This document shows, piece after piece, positions 20,722-28,553 of a stretch of DNA of 63,439 nucleotides. The notes beneath the pieces were generated by a model, which was not told where the DNA came from, made no database searches, and saw only the letters and a list, made by a program, of their open reading frames with translations. The stretch is from sequence record DRR378314_1256. The stretch is one strand, 5' to 3'. The stretch's first letter is position 1, and the number at the start of each line of letters is the position of its first letter. A program made the position numbers and the translations under genes.

Positions 20722-20887
20722 GTCTAACACACCAAGGCAATGGGGGCGTTATGCAGGGAGGGAAGGTGACATTCAAGGCGAGCCTGTGAAAGTAGTTTCA
20801 GTGTGTTCCGGCCCAGGCGGGCCTCCAACGGAGAGTCTTGTCGCCGCTTCGTTCTGACAAGACTGCCGCTGAAAATCAGCGTTGTAC
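20722..20887 (+). mobile_element. Degenerate integron attC-like remnants
   Basis: GTCTAAC(20722)...GTTATGC(20748); inverted repeat AGTCTTGTC/GACAAGACT (20834-20864) followed by GCCGCTGA...C-GTTGTAC just upstream of RBS and ATG. Confidence 0.45.
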
Positions 20888-20902
20888 AATACGAGGCAAG
20901 AA

Positions 20903-21400
20903 ATGAACAAAGGAGTATTGACATTTTTCTGTGGAAAAATGGGGGCAGGTAAAACGACAAAGTCTCTTGAAGTTGCCCATGAGCGAAACGCCGTGCTGCT
21001 TTCTGAAGACGAGTGGCTTGCGTCAGTTTATCCGGATAGCATCAAGACACTGGAAGATTACGTAAAATATGCTGGTCGGCTCAAGCCTCAAATGAAGAAG
21101 CTGACTCAATCGATCTTGTCGGCGGGAACTAACGTAGTCATGGACTTTCCTGCAAATACAATTTCGCAACGAGAGTGGTTTAAAAGCATTTTCTCTGAGA
21201 TCCAGGCCCCTCACGAGCTGATTTACATCGATCAGCCAAATGAGATTTGCCTGGAGCAAATCGCAAAAAGGCGAATAGAGCAGCCACAGAGAGCGGCAAC
21301 TGATACGGAAGAGATGTTTGAGCTCGTTACAAAGTACTTTGTTGCCCCCACACCTGATGAAGGCTTCAACACAACCATAATTACGGCACATGCACAATAA
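20903..21400 (+). CDS. Small P-loop kinase-like protein (AAA_33/ZipA-like annotation class)
   Basis: CGKMGAGKTT Walker A, LSEDEW, VVMDF; AT-richer than flanks. Confidence 0.8.
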   Translation: MNKGVLTFFCGKMGAGKTTKSLEVAHERNAVLLSEDEWLASVYPDSIKTLEDYVKYAGRLKPQMKKLTQSILSAGTNVVMDFPANTISQREWFKSIFSEIQAPHELIYIDQPNEICLEQIAKRRIEQPQRAATDTEEMFELVTKYFVAPTPDEGFNTTIITAHAQ

Positions 21401-21463
21401 TCGCAGGTACGGGGTGAGTCTATTCGTGAGGGGATGGATTCCCCCTAAAGGAGGTCTCCCAAC

Positions 21464-21841
21464 ATGGATGTAAAAGGTTTAAATCGCGGCACCTGCCACT
21501 GCGGCAGCGTCCAATTCGAAATTGATCTTCCCAACGGCTTTGAGGACTTGAGCCGTTGCAATTGCTCAATGTGCGCACGTCGTGGCGCTGTCGTGACCTC
21601 GGTTCCGCTAGATGCTTTCAGAATTCTGCAGGGTGCGGAGAATTTGACGCTCTATCAGTTCAATACGAAAACGGCTGAACACTACTTCTGCTCTACCTGT
21701 GGGATCTACACACATCACAGAAGGCGCTCAAACCCGAATCAGTTTGGGGTGAACGTGGCGTGTATTGCGGGGGTAAATCCCTTTGAGTTGGGCGATATTC
21801 CTACCACGGATGGCATCAACCACTCGTCCGATCGCCGCTAA
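21464..21841 (+). CDS. GFA (Mss4-like, CENP-V) family zinc protein
   Basis: GTCHCG, CNCSMC, HYFCSTCGI. Confidence 0.9.
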   Translation: MDVKGLNRGTCHCGSVQFEIDLPNGFEDLSRCNCSMCARRGAVVTSVPLDAFRILQGAENLTLYQFNTKTAEHYFCSTCGIYTHHRRRSNPNQFGVNVACIAGVNPFELGDIPTTDGINHSSDRR

Positions 21842-21857
21842 TGGCTGATTGCACGTT

Positions 21858-21881
21858 AGTCCCGGCCTAACGGCCGGGACT
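21858..21881. terminator. Hairpin between convergent genes
   Basis: AGTCCCGGCC-taac-GGCCGGGACT perfect 10-bp stem. Confidence 0.6.
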
Positions 21882-21901
21882 CGATAGCCAATAGCGTCCG
21901 C

Positions 21902-22897
21902 TCAACCAGAGAGCAGTTCGATCGGATAACGAATAGTCGTCCTGTCGACACCCGGGCGGGAACCGAAATCCACCAGCCGCAGGCGGTTGCAGATTTTCTT
22001 CTCAAGGGCTGGCTCGTTCAGAGTGGATTCCACTACTGAACAGCTTGAGACCGCCCCACTCGACTCAATCACCAGTTCCGGCGTCACGCTGCCCTGCAGT
22101 GAAGGCTTACGGCGCAGTTCGCGGTTGTAGATGCTGTAGATGGCCGACTTGTTGGCGTCCATGGTGCGACGGAGCTCCTCGCGGCTGCGCTTGCTGGCAG
22201 CGGCCTGTTGCTCGCGCTCGGCGGCCTTCGCCTGGGCGACCACTTCTTCCGCTTCTTCCACTTGGGCTCGTTGCCGTTCCGCCAGCGCAACCTCGCGGGT
22301 TTCGCGGGTCAGGCCGGATTCATCCACGCCGGAGCTGCGGCCGGTGTTAGCCTTTTGTGCCAGGGTATCACCCGTCTTGCGGGCGATTGGTTCGGCCGTT
22401 GTGACGGTGGCCGGGGTGTCCAATTTGACGGATTTGCCCAGGGCACTCAGCTTGGAGAGCTCTTCGCCCATGGCGAGGATACCGGTGTTTTTTGCCTTTT
22501 CCCGGGCTTTTTCGACATCCTGCTGCGTGGGCTCCGGCTTCTCCGCCACCTGGGGCTCTGGTTCCGGTTCTGGCTCAGGTTCCGGCGCGGGCGGCTGTAC
22601 CTGGGGCTCGGGTTCGGCAACGGGTTGCTCTTCCGGTTCCGGCTTTTCGGGCTCAGGCTCGGGTTCCGGCGTTTTCAGTTCCGGGGGTGGTGGCGGTTCC
22701 TGTTTCTCAACAATCAGCTTGGCCAGTTGCGGCGGCAGGGCTTCACGCTCTTTGCGGTCCTGCTCCGGCAACTCAACCCAGGTGATGTACGCGGCCGCCA
22801 CAAGAAACAGCGGGACCACGAGGGTGGCAACCGCAAACAAGCGCTTGCGTTCTCCCGCCTCCTGATTCCAGGGCAATCCCTGACGATACTCTGCCAC
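21902..22897 (-). CDS. TonB-like energy transducer with AgmX/PglI C-terminal domain (GltG-like)
   Basis: N-terminal TM, long PEPEPE Pro-rich linker, C-terminal IYSIYNRELRRKPSLQG...IESSGAV domain. Confidence 0.8.
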   Translation of the reverse strand: MAEYRQGLPWNQEAGERKRLFAVATLVVPLFLVAAAYITWVELPEQDRKEREALPPQLAKLIVEKQEPPPPPELKTPEPEPEPEKPEPEEQPVAEPEPQVQPPAPEPEPEPEPEPQVAEKPEPTQQDVEKAREKAKNTGILAMGEELSKLSALGKSVKLDTPATVTTAEPIARKTGDTLAQKANTGRSSGVDESGLTRETREVALAERQRAQVEEAEEVVAQAKAAEREQQAAASKRSREELRRTMDANKSAIYSIYNRELRRKPSLQGSVTPELVIESSGAVSSCSVVESTLNEPALEKKICNRLRLVDFGSRPGVDRTTIRYPIELLSG

Positions 22898-22899
22898 AG

Positions 22900-23400
22900 C
22901 TAGGCTCCCTGCTCTGTTTTCTGGTTTACAGCCAGTGAAATACTGGCGTAGCCCGCGTCCACGCAGGTGGACATGATTTTCTTCAACAGCTCATAGGGCA
23001 GTTCGCGGTCGGCAAGGATGGTGATGGGCCGCCCTGCATCGGGTGCCGGTGCACCGGACCGGCTGGCCTGGTAATCCAGCTCCTCCTTCAGGGCGGGCTC
23101 TACCTGGCCACCGAAGGCCTGCAGAACCTCACGTTTCATCACCACACGGCCATTCACCAGGATATCGTTGTCCGTGACCGTCAGCGCGAGCACATCGCCC
23201 GGGGGCTGTTGGGCACTGGAGTCCGGCAGTTTGATGGCGTTGTCCTGGTTCAGCACCTGCACATCGGAGGATGAGTTCACCATCAGGAAGAACACCAGGA
23301 TGGTGAAGATGTCCATCAGCGACACCAGGTTCAGCTTGCTCTGTTGTTTGCCTCGCCGATGATGGCGCTTCAGGCGCTTGGCTTTCGCAGACTCTTTCAT
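22900..23400 (-). CDS. ExbD/TolR family protein (AglS-like)
   Basis: LNLVSLMDIFTILVFFL TM with Asp30; ILADRELPYELLKKIM. Confidence 0.9.
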   Translation of the reverse strand: MKESAKAKRLKRHHRRGKQQSKLNLVSLMDIFTILVFFLMVNSSSDVQVLNQDNAIKLPDSSAQQPPGDVLALTVTDNDILVNGRVVMKREVLQAFGGQVEPALKEELDYQASRSGAPAPDAGRPITILADRELPYELLKKIMSTCVDAGYASISLAVNQKTEQGA

Positions 23401-23894
23401 GACTGTTCAGCCCTCTTCGGTGCGTCACCCAGCGAGATCTCGGGGAACAGCTCAGCCTCGACCACATCACCGGCGACAACCGCTTCGTAAGAGCGCACCT
23501 TGTCCATGACCGACACCAACGTCTGATAGGAGGTGTCACTGGACGGCATAATGATGATGTTGCGCTTGTCCGGCAGCCTGCCCTTGAGCTCTTTCATGAC
23601 CTTACCGAGCATCTCGAAGTCGTGGGCCGCCTCGCGGTTGGCGATGGTCTTGATCACACCGCCCTGGTTGTCGGACACCACAAGCTGGTCTTCAAAGATG
23701 ACGACCTGTAGCTGGAGTTCTTTCTGTTCTTCAACGGAACTGCTGTCCACATCCGGAAAATTCAGTTCCAGCACGCTGGTGTGTGCAAACACCATATTCA
23801 GCAGCAGGACCGGAACCAGCACGATCATCAGGTTCATGAACGGTGTGATATCCAGGTCCGCTTCGCTGCGAAGCCGACGATGCTTACGCCTCAT
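23397..23894 (-). CDS. ExbD/TolR family protein (AglQ-like)
   Basis: LDITPFMNLMIVLVPVLL TM; SYQTLVSVMD. Confidence 0.88.
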   Translation of the reverse strand: MRRKHRRLRSEADLDITPFMNLMIVLVPVLLLNMVFAHTSVLELNFPDVDSSSVEEQKELQLQVVIFEDQLVVSDNQGGVIKTIANREAAHDFEMLGKVMKELKGRLPDKRNIIIMPSSDTSYQTLVSVMDKVRSYEAVVAGDVVEAELFPEISLGDAPKRAEQS

Positions 23895-23918
23895 GGCTCT
23901 AGCTCCCTGATTGAACCG

Positions 23919-24632
23919 TTACGCCACTGACCCGGCGGGGTTGGCTGCGCGGGAAGCGGGCTCTGCCGGACGGGCAGCGGCGGAGGCCGGTGCCTGGGGC
24001 CGTGCGCCGTTGCCGTCGGTGATCAGGTTCAGCACCTTGATGCCGGCCATCTCGAAGCTGTCGATGATTTCGTTGGTCTTGGTCTGGAGCACGGAGTGAA
24101 TCAGCAGCAGCGGGATCGCGGACATCAGGCCGAAGGCCGTGGTGTTCATCGCTACGGAGATACTCTGGGACAGCAGGCTTGCCTTCTGCGAAGGGTCCGC
24201 TGAAGCAACTGCCGTAAAGGCCGCGATCAGGCCGATGATGGTACCGAGCAGGCCCATCAGCGTGGAAATGTTGGCCAGGGTGGACAGGTACTGAGTGCGC
24301 TTCTCGAGGCGGGGCATGACTTCCAGAAGCCCCTCTTCCATCGCGTACTCGATCTCTTCCCGGGACTGGCGACGGGCCAGGCGCTGCAGGCCGAAACCGA
24401 TCATGGAGGCCATGGCACTGCCGGACTCCGTGGCATAGTTCAGCGCGCCCTTCAGATCCTTACCACCAATCATGTGGTGCAACCGGTTGAAATCCCGGCG
24501 GTTGGTGATCTTCTGGGCAGACAGGTAGATGTAACGTTCGGCGGCAACGATGAGTCCGATAATCAGCACGATGGCAATCGGATACATGAAAAAGCCACCT
24601 TCCTGGAAAAAGCGAACGGCGGTTTCAATCAT
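23919..24632 (-). CDS. MotA/TolQ/ExbB proton channel protein (AglR-like)
   Basis: GGFFMYPI, STLMGLLGTIIGLIAAF, ISVAMNTTAFGL; GGAG RBS before ATG 24632. Confidence 0.92.
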   Translation of the reverse strand: MIETAVRFFQEGGFFMYPIAIVLIIGLIVAAERYIYLSAQKITNRRDFNRLHHMIGGKDLKGALNYATESGSAMASMIGFGLQRLARRQSREEIEYAMEEGLLEVMPRLEKRTQYLSTLANISTLMGLLGTIIGLIAAFTAVASADPSQKASLLSQSISVAMNTTAFGLMSAIPLLLIHSVLQTKTNEIIDSFEMAGIKVLNLITDGNGARPQAPASAAARPAEPASRAANPAGSVA

Positions 24633-24767
24633 TTTCAGGGCACTCCATAGTCCGTATTTGCTGGCTAGTGTATGCGGCAACCGCCCCGGCGGGGGTAAGT
24701 TCACGCAAGTCTTTGTAGCGGTTTGTTTTTACATGCGTATGTGCACAGACAATGTGTGACACACGTC

Positions 24768-25085
24768 TCACTCTGACGTTGAGTCGGAACGTCCGGACAC
24801 CGTCGAATCCTCCGCTGAGGCGCGGAAATACTGATGATAGGACACCAGGCGCTGAAATTCCTGACGCTCCAGTGGTGCGATGGGGCGCTGGAGCATCAAC
24901 TGCTCGTCGGGCCGGGCCAGTGACTGCACCGCAGGCGCCTGCCAGGGCACCAGGTAGAGTACTGTGGGCACTTCCTGGTCCCCCCGGATTCGCGTGCCTT
25001 CGATCGTCACAACACCGTCCTGGGCGACGCAGGGGAATGCGATGATCAACAGCAACAGGCTGAGTAGGTGCTTTCTCGCGGTCAT
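24768..25085 (-). CDS. Small exported protein, GltF/CglF-like
   Basis: Signal peptide, IEGTRIRGDQEVPTVLY motif; position between TPR lipoprotein and motor. Confidence 0.6.
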   Translation of the reverse strand: MTARKHLLSLLLLIIAFPCVAQDGVVTIEGTRIRGDQEVPTVLYLVPWQAPAVQSLARPDEQLMLQRPIAPLERQEFQRLVSYHQYFRASAEDSTVSGRSDSTSE

Positions 25086-25681
25086 AAGCGGTTCCTGACA
25101 TCAAAGATCCAGTCCTCGAGGCGGGGATTCGGCTCTTCCGCCAACGACTGATACTGTTCGTAGAGAGGCAATGCCTCCTCCAGCCTGCCCAAATAGATAT
25201 CCAGCAGGATAGCCAGGTTCAGCATGGCCGGCAGGTGATTCGGGTCGGCCTCCAACGCCTGGCGGTAAAGGGTTTCCGCCTGTTCGAATTCGCCCTGCTC
25301 CCGTGCCATTACCCCGAGATGGGTCAACGCTGCGCTGTGTTGCGGGTCGCGCTCAAGAACCTGCCGGAAATACCCTTCAGCGGCGTCGGTGTTGCCCTCT
25401 TGCAGGGCAATAATGCCGAGATTGGCCAAGGGACCGGTTCGCTCTGGGTCGGCCTGATGGATCTGTTCGAACAGATCCCGCGCGTTATCGGTATCCCCAC
25501 CCCTGAGCAGGGCAACCGCCTCGCTGAAGTCCTGCGTTAACTCGGCCTCACGGGCCTGGCGTTCTTCCTCCGCCAGGTCTGCCGGGTCGGTTTTGGGCGA
25601 GGAGGCACAACCGGCCACCAGCACGACTGCCAGCAACAGGCCCACTCGCGTCCACCCCTGGAATGACCTAGCCCAGCTCAT
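25082..25681 (-). CDS. TPR lipoprotein (GltE-like)
   Basis: Lipobox VAGC followed by about 4 TPR repeats (NLGII, HLGVM, NLAILLD). Confidence 0.8.
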   Translation of the reverse strand: MSWARSFQGWTRVGLLLAVVLVAGCASSPKTDPADLAEEERQAREAELTQDFSEAVALLRGGDTDNARDLFEQIHQADPERTGPLANLGIIALQEGNTDAAEGYFRQVLERDPQHSAALTHLGVMAREQGEFEQAETLYRQALEADPNHLPAMLNLAILLDIYLGRLEEALPLYEQYQSLAEEPNPRLEDWIFDVRNRL

Positions 25682-28553
25682 CGACAACCTCTACGGTGAT
25701 TTCAGGTTTGTTGTAACGGCCTGGTAACAGGGTTTTCAGGGCCTCGTAACTGCGCTGAACCCATTCGTCGAAAATGCCGTTGCGGGCGCGGCTGGCGTTC
25801 TGTTCGTGGATATCGATGGCGTTGTCCTCAAACGGATAGGCCTGCTCTTCCAGCAATAGCTCGTACTGGGACAGTTCCAGCTCCGACAATCCTTCCGGGC
25901 GCTCAGACTCCATCAGGTCACGGCCGAGGCGCGCGTAGATGTGCGCAATCTGATAGCCAGCTTCGGTGGAGAAGGACGAAACGCCGTAACTCGCGGTTTT
26001 CTGGTAGGCAGTGACGGCCTCTTCCAGCGCTTCGGTCTTGGCGGCCATGCTTTGATTGAGCGGCAAGGTCAGGCGAATGCTGTCGTAATACGCCAGTGCT
26101 TCCCGGGCCAGAATGGCCGACGCCTCGGCCGCCAGGTAACGCATGCGGTCGTCCGCCTCGTCGGGATTGTCGTCCACGGTCTCCATCTGCTTCCTCAGCC
26201 AGAAACGGCGGCTGCTGTCGTCACCGATCTCCTGGTAAAGGCCGGCCAGGCTGTTGGCGGCTTCCATGTAGACATCCCGTGGTTCCGGGTAGGTATTGGC
26301 GTACCGCCGCCAGGTGTCGATGGCCTTGTTGGTGTTGCCCGCGCGCTCGTACAGGTCCGCGGCGATCAGCAGGTTCTCGCGCTTCTCCTCGTCCGTGGTT
26401 GCCATGGCAATCAGGTTGTTCAGCTCGTCCCCGGCTTTCTCCCACTGTTCGGTTTCTCGGTAGGCCAGTGCCAGCCTGGCCGGGATCGTATCGATCTGTT
26501 CATGGTTGGGATAACGGGACCGGAACGCCACCATTACGTCGATGGCATCCTGCCAGTGGCTGAGCTCGATCAGCAGGGTGGCGGCATCGTATTCGGCGTT
26601 GGCCCTCAGGCCCGAGGTGGGCGCAACCACGCCCACACGCAGGAACTCACTGACCGCGCCTGCGGTATCATCGGCATCCGCCAGGGCTTCCGCCTGACGG
26701 AAAACCGAGGCCGCCAGGCTTTCAATGACATCCGGTCGGCGCTCGTCAGTCTCCGACATGACCCGCAGCGTTTGTTGATAGGTGGTTTCCGCCTCGGCAT
26801 AGCGGCCCAGTTCAAACAGGCTGTGGGCTTTCAGCAACCCGGTTTCGGTCAGTATCTCCGCCCCGGGCGCGGGAACGCGGGCAATCATGCGGTTCGCCAT
26901 GTCCACCACTTGCGCGTAGCGATAGCGCTCGAATTCATGTTGCATGGCAATGTAGAGCACCTCTTCCGAGCGAGGGTCGTCGGGAAAGGCGTTCACGAAT
27001 CGCTGACGGTTCAGTTGCTGGAATTCGGCGTAGTCGTTGTAGGTTTCAACCGGCTCACGGGGCCAGGTCTTGGCGTATTCCCGGAAAGCCAGGACCGATG
27101 CGTAACCGGCCTCAGCGGCGCGTTCGGGTGGTTCGCCCTCCCACGGGAAATCATAGGCCACACGCTCAAAGGCTTCGATGGCGTCTGGCCACTGGGCCAG
27201 TTCCACATGGGTTTCACCCAGCAGGAACAACATCTCCGGTGTGCGCGGATGGGTCGGGAAGGTATCCGCGAAGGCCTCATAATAGACCGCAGCCTGTCGA
27301 TAATGCTCCTCCGATTCCACGCCTTCGGTCTCGCCCGCCAGCACATAGTGGCGATTGGCCAGCTCCGGAATCAGCTCTTCCAGTTGTTGCTGGATATAGA
27401 AAGCGGTCTCGTCATCGGCCTGTTGCAGATAGGCGCTATGAATGCCGTAATCCTGAACGAACGCCGCCTTGCGCTCCGGTATGTCAGCGGTGAAGCCGGC
27501 CTGTGCCAGGGTATCGATGATACGCATGTGGTATCGCGGCGCCCACGGGCTGCGTGGCCGGGCATCAATGTAGCGTTCGAACACGTCAATGGCGTCCGTG
27601 TACTGCTCCCGTTCCAGCAACAGCTCGCTGTAGCGGTCGTAGACCAGGATTTCGTAGGGTTTCTCGCCGGTCTCACGGAAGATCGCCTGCAATGTGTCCG
27701 CGCCGTCCAGGTAGGACAGTGACAGGCCAAACACGCGGAACAGGTCTTCCATCATAGTGCGGTATTCCTGACCGACGGATTCAACGTCCTGCTCCTCGGG
27801 CATCACCAGGTCCAGTACATTAATGTAGCTGAACAGGGCCTCCCGGTAGTCACTCTGCTTGAACTGGCTCCAGCCCAGCATGTAATGGGCGTTGACCAGG
27901 AACGAGGCGTCGTCCCTGCTTGCCGGGTCGGCGTCGATCACTGTGCGGAACGCCTGCTCAGCCTCGGCGTAACGGCGGTTGCTGAACAGCAGGTCACCGC
28001 GTCGGAACTGGGCCTCGACCCAGTATTTCGAGTCCGGATGCTCATTGACCAGGGTGGTCAGCGTAGCCAGGTGCTCTTCGCTCATGCCCCGCAGATCATA
28101 GGCTCGGGCCAGCTGGTACAGAACCTGGTCGTTGCCGGGGCGGTCCGGGTACTCCAACAACAGTTGTTCATAGGCCTCAATGGCCCCGGCCATATCATCC
28201 ACGGCGGTTTCAACCATCTTGTTTTCCGCACGCTGGAACTCCAGGTCCGCCAGCCGATGACGCACGGCAACCTGCTTCGCAGGATCTTCCAGCAGGGGCA
28301 GCAAGGCGCGGTAACTGTCCATCACCTCACCCAAGGATACGTCAGCGGCGACTTCTCCAGCCCGGTTGTCCGGCGCGGGCTCGATGGCTTCCTCCATGGA
28401 TTGAAGGGTGGCGAGAGTCCCCGGCTGGGGCTGTCTGTCATCACCCCCGCCAAACACGTCAGGCATTGAAAGCGATTGGCAACCCCCAAGGAGGCCGGCA
28501 AAAAGCACGGGCAGCAGGGCATCCAGGCGCCTGCGAATGACCGACTCAGTCAC
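25668..28553 (-). CDS. Large TPR lipoprotein (GltD/AgmU-like)
   Basis: GGAGG RBS then GTG 28553; lipobox LGGC; many TPRs; C-terminal YELLLEEQAYPFEDNAIDIHE segment. Confidence 0.8.
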   Translation of the reverse strand: MTESVIRRRLDALLPVLFAGLLGGCQSLSMPDVFGGGDDRQPQPGTLATLQSMEEAIEPAPDNRAGEVAADVSLGEVMDSYRALLPLLEDPAKQVAVRHRLADLEFQRAENKMVETAVDDMAGAIEAYEQLLLEYPDRPGNDQVLYQLARAYDLRGMSEEHLATLTTLVNEHPDSKYWVEAQFRRGDLLFSNRRYAEAEQAFRTVIDADPASRDDASFLVNAHYMLGWSQFKQSDYREALFSYINVLDLVMPEEQDVESVGQEYRTMMEDLFRVFGLSLSYLDGADTLQAIFRETGEKPYEILVYDRYSELLLEREQYTDAIDVFERYIDARPRSPWAPRYHMRIIDTLAQAGFTADIPERKAAFVQDYGIHSAYLQQADDETAFYIQQQLEELIPELANRHYVLAGETEGVESEEHYRQAAVYYEAFADTFPTHPRTPEMLFLLGETHVELAQWPDAIEAFERVAYDFPWEGEPPERAAEAGYASVLAFREYAKTWPREPVETYNDYAEFQQLNRQRFVNAFPDDPRSEEVLYIAMQHEFERYRYAQVVDMANRMIARVPAPGAEILTETGLLKAHSLFELGRYAEAETTYQQTLRVMSETDERRPDVIESLAASVFRQAEALADADDTAGAVSEFLRVGVVAPTSGLRANAEYDAATLLIELSHWQDAIDVMVAFRSRYPNHEQIDTIPARLALAYRETEQWEKAGDELNNLIAMATTDEEKRENLLIAADLYERAGNTNKAIDTWRRYANTYPEPRDVYMEAANSLAGLYQEIGDDSSRRFWLRKQMETVDDNPDEADDRMRYLAAEASAILAREALAYYDSIRLTLPLNQSMAAKTEALEEAVTAYQKTASYGVSSFSTEAGYQIAHIYARLGRDLMESERPEGLSELELSQYELLLEEQAYPFEDNAIDIHEQNASRARNGIFDEWVQRSYEALKTLLPGRYNKPEITVEVVDELG

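Noticed and set aside
22540-22700. Short tandem repeats (GGTTCCGGC/GGCTC) as CRISPR or VNTR
   Set aside because: They encode the Pro-Glu linker of the TonB-like protein; no repeat-spacer periodicity
21902-24632. Canonical Tol-Pal or TonB-ExbBD iron-uptake operon
   Set aside because: No pal/ybgC, no TonB-dependent receptor, two dissimilar ExbD genes and Glt-like TPR partners
25941-27722. 593-aa plus-strand ORF, and similar long ORFs at 28408-29502, 34144-35337, 43901-44965, 52493-53611 and 55284-56393
   Set aside because: Antisense shadows of well-supported genes in GC-rich DNA; no recognisable motifs
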